A stretch of DNA of 64,000 bases, taken from NCBI GenBank assembly GCA_043811535.1, contig JBDRNC010000037.1, positions 32,001-96,000 on the forward strand, written 5' to 3'. The notes beneath the pieces are model-generated. The model had not been told where the DNA came from, ran no database searches, and saw nothing but the letters and a program-made list of their open reading frames with translations. Positions 49,162-57,045 of this stretch are shown here, piece by piece (within the stretch, counting starts at the first letter, position 1; each line of letters begins with the position of its first letter). The translations under genes were made by a program, and so were the position numbers. This DNA is from Elusimicrobiota bacterium (GTDB taxonomy: Bacteria > Elusimicrobiota > Endomicrobiia > Endomicrobiales > JBDRNC01).

Positions 49162-49372
49162 CGCATCCCTAAACAAGGGACTTCAATTGATATAAATAGT
49201 TGTTGGTCGTGCGGATAACGTTTAGCGTATAGGTTAGTACATTAGGTGAGCCGTAAATGAAGGGACTTTAGTCCCGGAATGGCGAACCGATATAAGCAAA
49301 AGTAGCCGGCACTTTAGTACCGGACTCCTCTGCAGATGAGGAGTGAATAGAGATTAGGGATTAGGAGAATAA

Positions 49373-50401
49373 ATGCGGGTAGCTGTCTATTACAACAACA
49401 AGGATGTCCGGATAGAAGAAAGGCCCGTGCCGAAAATCGGTCCCGGCGAGCTGCTCGTCAAGGTCATGGCGAGCGGTATATGCGGGAGCGACGTGCTTGA
49501 GTGGTACCGCATCAAGAAAGCTCCGCTTGTACTCGGCCACGAGATAGCCGGGGATATAACGGAAACAGGCGAAGGCGTGCAAAAGTACAAAAAAGGCCAG
49601 CGCGTCTTCGTTTCCCATCACATACCATGCAATACCTGCAAGTACTGCCTGAGCGGACATCATACCGCGTGCCACACGCTTCATACGACGAATTACGATC
49701 CTGGAGGATTTTCGGAATATTTGAGAGTTCCGGCGCTTAACGTGGACAGGGGCGTATTCGTCCTTCCGGACGAGCTTTCCTATGATGACGGGGTGTTTAT
49801 CGAACCTCTTGCGTGTGTAGTGCGGGGTCAGAGAATAGCGGGAGTGAAAAAGGGAGACAGCGTCTTGATACTTGGCGGCGGTATTTCGGGGCTTCTGCAC
49901 CTTCAACTCGCGAAAGCATTAGGCGCGGCGAAAGTGATCGTTACCGATATAGACCCTTGGAGGCTCGATTACGCGAAAAGGCTGGGTGCGGACTGCGTTA
50001 TCAGCGCAAAAGAAGATGTGCCCGCAAAAGTAAAGCAGTGCAATAACTGCAACCTTGCCGATGTGGTAATAATCTGCACCGGCGCGATGAAGGCCTTTTA
50101 CCAGGCGCTTGAGTCGGTAGACAAGGGTGGTAAAGTGCAGTGCTTCGCGGCGCCTCTTCCCGGCGAGAACCTCTCAATTCCAGTAAACGAGTTTTGGAGA
50201 AATGAAATAACGCTGATGACATCCTACGGCAACGCGCCGTATGACGCCGTGGAAGCCATTGAATTGATAAAGTCAGGCAGGGTTCCGGTGAAGGAACTGA
50301 TAACTCATAAACTGAAACTTGACGAAACGGCGATGGGATTCAAGCTGGTGGCCGAAGCCGCAAAGTCGATGAAAGTGATAATAGAACCGAACAGGAAGTG
50401 A
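49373..50401 (+). CDS. Zinc-dependent alcohol/polyol dehydrogenase (MDR family)
   Basis: GICGSD, LGHEIAG, C..C.YC.......C, EPLAC, ILGGGISG. Confidence 0.9.
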   Translation: MRVAVYYNNKDVRIEERPVPKIGPGELLVKVMASGICGSDVLEWYRIKKAPLVLGHEIAGDITETGEGVQKYKKGQRVFVSHHIPCNTCKYCLSGHHTACHTLHTTNYDPGGFSEYLRVPALNVDRGVFVLPDELSYDDGVFIEPLACVVRGQRIAGVKKGDSVLILGGGISGLLHLQLAKALGAAKVIVTDIDPWRLDYAKRLGADCVISAKEDVPAKVKQCNNCNLADVVIICTGAMKAFYQALESVDKGGKVQCFAAPLPGENLSIPVNEFWRNEITLMTSYGNAPYDAVEAIELIKSGRVPVKELITHKLKLDETAMGFKLVAEAAKSMKVIIEPNRK

Positions 50402-50462
50402 TTGGCTATTAGCCATTAGCAATTGGTAAAAACTAATTGCCAATAGCTAATCGCTAATTGCC
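50401..50462. repeat. ATTAGC(C/T)-type heptamer hairpin between convergent genes
   Basis: ATTGGCT ATTAGCC ATTAGCA ATTGG / CTAATTG CCAATAG CTAATCG CTAATTG. Confidence 0.8.
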
Positions 50463-50465
50463 GCA

Positions 50466-51275
50466 TTAATAGTTCTTGGCTCTTTCCAGTATATATACCG
50501 TCACTTTTTTGTGCATCCAGGGTTTTTCTTCTTCACGGTTGTTCACGCCAAGGTCCACTCTATTCCCTTTTATCGCCGAGCCGGTGTCTCCCGCGTAGCC
50601 GTACCCGTAACCGGGAACGTAAAGCCTTGTCCGCAGGGGTATGACATTCGGATCCACGGCGATGACGCCCCTTTGCATTTTTTCGCCCAAGAACGTTATG
50701 GTTCCGTCCCGCCACGCGAGAGGGTCTCCGGGATAGTAAGCGGTGGCTATCATTTTCATTTTCTGGGCCTTTGACAGGTCGTATATCTTCTCAATGCCGC
50801 CTTTTTCGTCGAACAAAACGAGCCGCCTTACCGCCTTCTTTGTTTTTCTTTCTTTCTTTATCTCTCTGGCTTTTTCAACTCCGTCGTGGAGAAGCAGTTT
50901 CACGTCCCTGAGTATCCTCGTGTCTATTCCTCTTTGAATTTTTACAAGCCGGAGATTTGTATCTGATGAAGTTTCAGAAATAACCTTGAAAGGGAGGATT
51001 TCTTCGGTTTTTATCTTCTTTTCTTCAACTCTCGTGATGCGTATAATACCCTTGTCCGGCACAGAGGAAGTCAGGGGAGGCTGTATAATGTCTTTTTTGC
51101 CCAGTTTAATTTTAAGTTCGTCAAGAAGCTGCTCGACAGTTACGGGTTTAGGGTGAAGGCTTATCCTCCGGCCGTCCACTATTACGACGACGCTCCGCCA
51201 GGAGATAAGATAAACCTCCCAAAGCAGGAATACCGCGAGCAGGGCGGCGCATGTGATGATTGTTTTCTTCAGCAT
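50466..51275 (-). CDS. YabE-like cell wall protein (DUF348/G5-like plus 3D domain)
   Basis: N-terminal TM; TVEQLL..L.I.L...D...P; ATAY, IAVDPNVIPL, AGDTGSAIKGNRVDL. Confidence 0.85.
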   Translation of the reverse strand: MLKKTIITCAALLAVFLLWEVYLISWRSVVVIVDGRRISLHPKPVTVEQLLDELKIKLGKKDIIQPPLTSSVPDKGIIRITRVEEKKIKTEEILPFKVISETSSDTNLRLVKIQRGIDTRILRDVKLLLHDGVEKAREIKKERKTKKAVRRLVLFDEKGGIEKIYDLSKAQKMKMIATAYYPGDPLAWRDGTITFLGEKMQRGVIAVDPNVIPLRTRLYVPGYGYGYAGDTGSAIKGNRVDLGVNNREEEKPWMHKKVTVYILERAKNY

Positions 51276-51278
51276 AAG

Positions 51279-51881
51279 TTACCTATTTTCGACTTCGTCC
51301 AGGTACGGCCTTGAGCGGAATTTAGTGCCGATTTCTACTGCGATTTTCCGGCACTTATCAAGGTCTTCTCCCGGGAATTCTATGCAGGTTATCGTGACGT
51401 CAGGTATGTGTTTAACGCATTCTTTCGCGAAATCAAGGACTGCCTGGAAAGTTTCCGGGCCGAATTTCGGTATGTGGAGCCTGTCGTATTCTTCGCTGTC
51501 CGAGGCGTTAAGGCTTATCGATACCGCGTCAACGATTCCCTTGAGCTCGGGAAGTATATTCCTGCCGTGTATAAGGTTGCCGTGGCCCGAAGTGTTCACG
51601 CGGACAATCCCGCCTTGTTCTTTAACCCAGGCCGCGACTTCCTTTAATATGTCAAGGCGCATGAAAGGCTCGCCGTAACCGCAGAAAATTATCTCTCCGT
51701 ATTTTTTCGGGTCCTTTATCTCGTTAATAACCTCTTCTGCGGACGGTTCCTTTTCCAGGCGCAGGTCGTGCCCGCGGAACTGCCCCTTCCACTTATTCTT
51801 GATGCAGAATATGCACGCGGAGGTGCATTTGTTCGTCAGGTTGATATAGAGATTGTTGTGATACTTATAAGTAATTGACAT
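51279..51881 (-). CDS. TatD-associated radical SAM protein
   Basis: LYINLTNKCTSACIFC (CxxxCxxC), FCGYGEP; directly downstream of tatD. Start at MSITYKY. Confidence 0.88.
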   Translation of the reverse strand: MSITYKYHNNLYINLTNKCTSACIFCIKNKWKGQFRGHDLRLEKEPSAEEVINEIKDPKKYGEIIFCGYGEPFMRLDILKEVAAWVKEQGGIVRVNTSGHGNLIHGRNILPELKGIVDAVSISLNASDSEEYDRLHIPKFGPETFQAVLDFAKECVKHIPDVTITCIEFPGEDLDKCRKIAVEIGTKFRSRPYLDEVENR

Positions 51882-51895
51882 AAAAGTAAATTGCC

Positions 51896-51962
51896 AAATG
51901 GCTCTATGGCTCAATGGCTAAAAGACAAAATCAGCCATTTAGCCGTTTAACCATTTAGCCAT
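51896..51962. repeat. AATGGCT/AGCCATT 8-mer inverted-repeat hairpin
   Basis: AAATGGCT CTATGGCT CAATGGCT / CAGCCATT TAGCCGTT TAACCATT TAGCCAT. Confidence 0.8.
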
Positions 51963-51967
51963 GATTC

Positions 51968-52735
51968 TTATAGATTGAATAGATTAACCGCATTCTCCGT
52001 TGTTATTCTTGCCACGGTATCAACTGATACATTCTTTATTTTCGCCACTTCTTCGGCTATATACGTCAGATACGACGGTTCGTTGCGCTTGCCTCTGAAA
52101 GCCTGAGGGGGGAGATAAGGGCAATCGGTCTCAAGCAGTATCTTTTCAAGGGGGATAGCGGCTACAACTTCCTTGAGAACTTTAGCCGAAGGATACGTCA
52201 CAGGGCCGTCTATTCCTATTAAAAAGCCCAGGGCTATCATTGTCCTGGCTTCATCAACGCTTCCGGCAAAGCAATGGGAAACTCCCGCTGGTCTTGAGCC
52301 GTCGTAATACATTGATACTATCCCGATGAGGTCCTTGAAAGCTTCTCTGCAATGAATGATAAGCGGTTTTCCCGTTTCTTTCGCCAATTCTATATGCCTG
52401 ATAAAGTGGTTCTTCTGCAGTTCAACCGGCGAATTCTTGTAGTAATAATCAAGCCCCGTTTCGCCGACAGCCTTCACTCCGGGATTATCCAGAAGAACGC
52501 GCAATTCATTGAGTTCGCGCGCGCCGGCTTTGCCGGCGTCGTGCGGGTGTACCCCGAGCGCACAGAAGATGTTTTCGCGGGTTTCCGACAGTTTTACGGT
52601 GCTTTTCCAGATGCCGGGCTCCCAGCCGATCTCTATTATCCTGTCCACGCCTTTTTCGGCGGCCCTTGAGATGACCGAATCCCTGTCGGAATCAAACGGC
52701 GTATCTAGAAGCTGGGCGTGGGTGTCAATATACAT
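51968..52735 (-). CDS. tatD: TatD family DNase
   Basis: IDTHA, GVHPH, VGETGLDY, IIHCREA, HCF, LLETDCPYL. Confidence 0.94.
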   Translation of the reverse strand: MYIDTHAQLLDTPFDSDRDSVISRAAEKGVDRIIEIGWEPGIWKSTVKLSETRENIFCALGVHPHDAGKAGARELNELRVLLDNPGVKAVGETGLDYYYKNSPVELQKNHFIRHIELAKETGKPLIIHCREAFKDLIGIVSMYYDGSRPAGVSHCFAGSVDEARTMIALGFLIGIDGPVTYPSAKVLKEVVAAIPLEKILLETDCPYLPPQAFRGKRNEPSYLTYIAEEVAKIKNVSVDTVARITTENAVNLFNL

Positions 52736-52774
52736 AGTTATGAGTGATGAGTTCGGAGTTCGTAGATAAAGACG

Positions 52775-54292
52775 CTACTTGTTCTGAATTCTGGGGAACA
52801 GGATGCCGGGTTTAGATATGGAATTCCCGGGAACGGGGAACTCAATACTCTGATTTGTGAAGTATTTAGCCGCCGCTTCTTCGATTTTATCGGGCTGGCC
52901 GATGCCTGACCAGATCTTTTGGGCCGTTTCCGGCATGAAAGGCTGTAAATGAAACGCTACGCGCCCGATGGTTTTTAAAAGGTTATAAAATATCCCGGGT
53001 AGAGCCGATTTGTCTTCCTTGGCCAGCTTCCACGGTGCGGTATCTTCAATGTAGCGGTTCGCCTTGTCTATCGCCCTCTGGAGTTTTTCCGCGACGCGGT
53101 GGAACTCAAGGTTATCAAAATTCCCGCTTAATCCGGCGAGTTCCTCTTCAACGGAGAACTCCTGGGATGCGTTCGCCGGCGGTACCCTGCCTTCAAGGTA
53201 TTTTTCCATCATGGTAAGCGTCCGCGAAACAAGGTTGCCGAGGTTATTGGCAAGGTCGGTATTGTACCGCTCGGTCAGCCCCTGCCACGAAACGTCGCCG
53301 TCGGTCCCGAACGGGAAAAGGGAAAGCATAAGGTAGCGGCTCGCGTCAACGCCGAACTTGTCTATCAGCTCTTTAGGTTTGATGACGTTTCCGAGCGTCT
53401 TGGACATTTTCTCGCCGTTTATAGTGAAGAAACCGTGAGAAAAAAGCTTCTTGGGAAGCGGAATCCCAGCGGCAAGCAACATGGCGGGCCATATTATCGC
53501 GTGGAACCAGAGAATTTCTTTGGCCGTTATATGCAGGTCGGCCGGCCAGTATTTATTGAATTGTTCCTTATTGTCGGAATAGCCTATACCAGAAATGTAA
53601 TTGGTCAGCGCGTCGACCCAGACATAGAAAACCTGATTCTCGTCAAAAGGAAGCGGTACGCCCCATTTAAGCGCGGCCCGGGATATGCTGATATCCTGGA
53701 GTCCGGTTTTAAGCTTGCCTATAACCTCGTTCCTTCTTTCAACAGGGAAGACCGCGAATTCCTTGGCTTCCGTGAGTATCCTGAGCATTTCATCCTGGTA
53801 TTCGGCAAGCTTGAAAAACCAGTTTTCCTCCGAATGCGTCACGGGCTTGAGTTTGTGATCGGGGCAGCACTTGTCTTCATTGAGGTCTTCGGGCGCGAGG
53901 AATTTCTCGCACTGGACGCAGTACAGTCCTTCGTATTTTTTCTTATATATCTTACCGTCGTTGTAAAGCTTGGAAAACAGTTCCCGCACGGTCTTTTTGT
54001 GCGTAGCGTCCGTGGTCCTGATGTAGTTATCGAATGTCGCTCCCAGTTCAACCCAGCTTTTCCTGAATTCAGACGAAATGTAATCGACGAATTCCTGCGG
54101 TGTCTTTCCTGCTTTTTCGGCGGCTTGCACGATCTTGGCCCCGTGTTCATCAGTGCCGGTAAGGAAGAAAACATCCCTGCCGTTAAGCCGGTACCAGCGC
54201 GCGAGCACGTCGGCCGCGATCGTCGTGTAAGCATGCCCTATATGAGGCAGGTCATTGACGTAATAAATAGGGGTAGTTAGATAAAATTTCAT
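52775..54292 (-). CDS. metG: Methionine--tRNA ligase (short form, no C-terminal tRNA-binding domain)
   Basis: TTPIYYVN..PHIGHAY, TGTDEHG, YVW.DAL, KMSKT, NNLGNL. Confidence 0.96.
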   Translation of the reverse strand: MKFYLTTPIYYVNDLPHIGHAYTTIAADVLARWYRLNGRDVFFLTGTDEHGAKIVQAAEKAGKTPQEFVDYISSEFRKSWVELGATFDNYIRTTDATHKKTVRELFSKLYNDGKIYKKKYEGLYCVQCEKFLAPEDLNEDKCCPDHKLKPVTHSEENWFFKLAEYQDEMLRILTEAKEFAVFPVERRNEVIGKLKTGLQDISISRAALKWGVPLPFDENQVFYVWVDALTNYISGIGYSDNKEQFNKYWPADLHITAKEILWFHAIIWPAMLLAAGIPLPKKLFSHGFFTINGEKMSKTLGNVIKPKELIDKFGVDASRYLMLSLFPFGTDGDVSWQGLTERYNTDLANNLGNLVSRTLTMMEKYLEGRVPPANASQEFSVEEELAGLSGNFDNLEFHRVAEKLQRAIDKANRYIEDTAPWKLAKEDKSALPGIFYNLLKTIGRVAFHLQPFMPETAQKIWSGIGQPDKIEEAAAKYFTNQSIEFPVPGNSISKPGILFPRIQNK

Positions 54293-54310
54293 ATTTCAGA
54301 CGGTCTTAAA

Positions 54311-54402
54311 TGTCATTCCCGCGGTTTTAAGCGGGAATCCATGTATTTATAAAGCTGAATCCCCGATTCAAGCATTCGGGGATGACCCCGAATAACGGGG
54401 TC
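54311..54402. repeat. Composite REP-like element (GTCA...TGAC type with ATTCCC..GGGAAT)
   Basis: TGTCATTCCCGC..GCGGGAATCCA ... ATCCCCGA..TCGGGGATGAC, followed by GACCCCG AATAA CGGGGTC. Confidence 0.8.
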
Positions 54403-54417
54403 AATTTGTAATTGATG

Positions 54418-55233
54418 TTAAAGTCCGATTTTATTCAATAATGTTGCGGAAACCTGGCTCAGGGGGAATACCTTGACCTGCTTGTCCGAGGCCATTTCAA
54501 CCTGGACCTCTTCCTTGAGCAGGTGTATGCCCGTTACAACGCCGGGCCCTTCAGGGGTCTGCACCTTGCTGCCGATCCTGGGCATGTTTTTTTTCATCTT
54601 ACAGTAAGCGTCGTTCTCGTACGACAGGCAGCACATCAGCCTCCCGCACAGCCCGGAGAGCTTTGAGGTGTTGATGGATAGGTCCTGTTCCTTTGCCATG
54701 TCGATCGTTACCGAAGAAAATTCCTTGAGGAAACCCTGGCAGCAGAGGTTGCGCCCGCAATGCCCGAGCCCGCCGATCATCTTCGCCTCGTCGCGGACGC
54801 CGATCTGGACCATCTGTATCCTTGTCTTGAGCACGTGCCCGAGGTCCTTGATAAGTTCGCGGAAATCAACGCGCGTTTCCGCGGTGTAATAGATGAAAAG
54901 CTTTGAGCGGTCAAACGTGTACTGCACGCAAGTCAGTTTCATCTGCAGTTCGTGGTCTTCCACCTTCTGAAGCACTATCTTCTGCGCCTGCTTGTTCTTT
55001 TCTTCGTTTTCTTTCACGCGTTTAATGTCTTCGGGCGTAAGTTTCCTCACGATCTTGCCGATCGCTTCCTTCGGTTTCTCTACCATTTTTTCTTTTTCCG
55101 AGATAACGCCTGCCTCGACGCCGTGTTCGGTCTCGATCAGGATATTATCTCCGATCAGGATGTCGATATGCCCCGAGTCGCCCCATATTTTCTCTTTAAG
55201 ACGTCTTACTATTATTCCGGCTAGTATCGGCAT
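54418..55233 (-). CDS. ricT: PSP1-domain protein RicT/YaaT
   Basis: RVDFRELIKDL, QIGVRDEA, CGRNLCC, MAKEQ.L, GLCGRLMCCLSYE. Confidence 0.92.
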   Translation of the reverse strand: MPILAGIIVRRLKEKIWGDSGHIDILIGDNILIETEHGVEAGVISEKEKMVEKPKEAIGKIVRKLTPEDIKRVKENEEKNKQAQKIVLQKVEDHELQMKLTCVQYTFDRSKLFIYYTAETRVDFRELIKDLGHVLKTRIQMVQIGVRDEAKMIGGLGHCGRNLCCQGFLKEFSSVTIDMAKEQDLSINTSKLSGLCGRLMCCLSYENDAYCKMKKNMPRIGSKVQTPEGPGVVTGIHLLKEEVQVEMASDKQVKVFPLSQVSATLLNKIGL

Positions 55234-55256
55234 ATAGGTCTCCGGTGAATGACTTT

Positions 55257-56210
55257 TTATTTTGAGCCGTGATTCAGGCTTAAAAGCATGTTATCAAGAA
55301 CCATTTGCGCGTTGACGTTGCGTCCCAGCAATTTATCTGATGCAAGCACCTCTTGAACGGCGTTTCTGTATTTTTCCGGGTCCCTGTTGAAATCCATCTT
55401 GACAAGAGCGAGCAGCTCCCTGGTGAATTCAGAAGCGTTTTTTGAATGCTGCTGGCTCACCGCGAGCAGTTCGGCGTCGGCCAGAAGGTTTTTCTTTATG
55501 TCATTCCAGAGGGACTCAAGCATCCCGGAATCCTCTTCAACAAGCGCCGCGGCGGCCAAAAAAGAGCCCTCGGACCTTGCCGCGATCTTTGCGGCTGCGG
55601 ATTCTGAAAGAGAATGATGTCTTGCCAGGTATTGCGCCACCTCGGTTTCTTTAAGAGGTGTGAAAGGTATTATCTGCGTCCGCGAAACAACGGTGGCCGG
55701 GAGGTTTTCGCGGTTCCTGGCGAGCAGGATAAGCAGCGTCCATTTCGGGGGCTCTTCAAGCGTCTTCAGAAGGCAGTTCGCCGCGTCAAGCGTGATTTTC
55801 TCGGCAGGTTCAATGATGTAAACCTTCCATTTACCTTCAGAGGGCTTGAGACTCACTCCCTTCTGGACTTCCCGTATAGTGTTTATCTTTATGCTCTTCT
55901 GTTTCTCGACATCCTTGTTCTCAAGGTTCGCCTGCCACTCAAAATTGACAAGCTGCACATCCGGATGCAGTCCGCGGTCTATCTTGCTGCAGGAAGGGCA
56001 ATGCCCGCACGCGCCGCCGGTATTCTGTATTCCGTCCTGCGCCGAGACGTTCGCCGCGCAGTTAAGGATTTTCGCCAGTTCAAGCGCGAATTTCTTCCGG
56101 CCAACGCCTTCCTGTCCGAGGAAGAGATAGGCATGAGGGACCCTGCCGGATTTCAGCTGGCCTATGGTTATGTCTTTAGCTTTCTGCTGGTTGATTATAT
56201 TTTTAAACAT
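55257..56210 (-). CDS. holB: DNA polymerase III delta' subunit
   Basis: HAYLF.G..GVG, CGHCPSC, HPD, AANCLLKTLEEPP, TVVSR. Confidence 0.92.
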   Translation of the reverse strand: MFKNIINQQKAKDITIGQLKSGRVPHAYLFLGQEGVGRKKFALELAKILNCAANVSAQDGIQNTGGACGHCPSCSKIDRGLHPDVQLVNFEWQANLENKDVEKQKSIKINTIREVQKGVSLKPSEGKWKVYIIEPAEKITLDAANCLLKTLEEPPKWTLLILLARNRENLPATVVSRTQIIPFTPLKETEVAQYLARHHSLSESAAAKIAARSEGSFLAAAALVEEDSGMLESLWNDIKKNLLADAELLAVSQQHSKNASEFTRELLALVKMDFNRDPEKYRNAVQEVLASDKLLGRNVNAQMVLDNMLLSLNHGSK

Positions 56211-56216
56211 TTTAAT

Positions 56217-56346
56217 CGCAGATACACACAGATAAAATTTACAGATTTGCGCAGATATAAGTCGCAGATTTAAAACACAGATACACGCAGATAAAATCTC
56301 AGATTAAACTACGATTACACGGAAAAAAAACTGGATTACACAGATT
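56217..56346. repeat. Array of nine CAGAT-core repeats (irregular spacing, mostly 10-13 nt)
   Basis: CGCAGAT/CACAGAT/TACAGAT/CTCAGAT units fill the tmk-holB spacer. Confidence 0.8.
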
Positions 56347-56971
56347 AAATGACCTTATCTACTTCCCGCAAAATCAGTTTTGCTGTTTCAGAGACGGTTT
56401 TTTGGACCTTTATGATTTTAATTCTTTTTGGTTCCCTTCGGGCGAGCGCGAGGTAGCCCTTACGGACGCGGTTATGGAAGGAAACAGTTTCCATTTCCAG
56501 TCTGTCGGCGCCTTTTTTGACTTTTTTCGCTTTCTTGAGGCCCTTGCCGGCGGGTATATCCAGATAGATCGTCAAATCCGGGATTATCCCGCAGGAAGCG
56601 ACGCGGTTCAATTCTCTGATGATATCAAGGCCGATGCCGCGCCCGTACCCCTGGTACGCGACGGTAGCGTCGAAAAATCTGTCGCAGACGATGGTCTTGC
56701 CGGAATCAAGCGCCGGTCCCATGACCTCGGCTATATGCTGGGCGCGCGCGGCCTCGTAAAGGAACAATTCGGCAAGCGGGCTTATCCTGCTTTTCGGGTG
56801 AAGCAGTATTTTCCGTACTGCTTCCGCCAGAGTTGTCCCGCCCGGTTCCCTTGTATGGACAATTTTGCGTCCGCCGCGTTTCAGCGCTGCCGCGAGTATC
56901 GCGGAATGCGTGCTTTTTCCGCTGCCTTCGCAGCCTTCAAGCGTGATAAAAAATCCTGATTTTTTCGTCAT
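56345..56971 (-). CDS. tmk: Thymidylate kinase
   Basis: FITLEGCEGSGKST, TREPGGT, CDRF, AYQGYGRG, PDLT. Second ATG chosen because the first abuts the -10 box. Confidence 0.95.
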   Translation of the reverse strand: MTKKSGFFITLEGCEGSGKSTHSAILAAALKRGGRKIVHTREPGGTTLAEAVRKILLHPKSRISPLAELFLYEAARAQHIAEVMGPALDSGKTIVCDRFFDATVAYQGYGRGIGLDIIRELNRVASCGIIPDLTIYLDIPAGKGLKKAKKVKKGADRLEMETVSFHNRVRKGYLALARREPKRIKIIKVQKTVSETAKLILREVDKVI

Positions 56972-56980
56972 ATCAGGCAT

Positions 56981-57009
56981 ATTTTAACATAAAAAAGGGT
57001 GCGTGTAAA
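56981..57009 (-). promoter_or_regulatory. tmk operon promoter
   Basis: Minus strand TTTACA-17 bp-TAAAAT with extended -10 TG. Confidence 0.6.
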
Positions 57010-57045
57010 GTTTAAGGGGGAGGTAACGTGATTTCGGAGCGCGGT

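Noticed and set aside
49211..49240. attC-like site (GGATAAC...GTTAGTA)
   Set aside because: Too short, no L boxes, no second copy and no integron integrase.
49244..49290. Group II intron domain V (GAGCCG...)
   Set aside because: Lacks the GNRA-capped domain V stem and any RT gene; better explained as nested palindromes.
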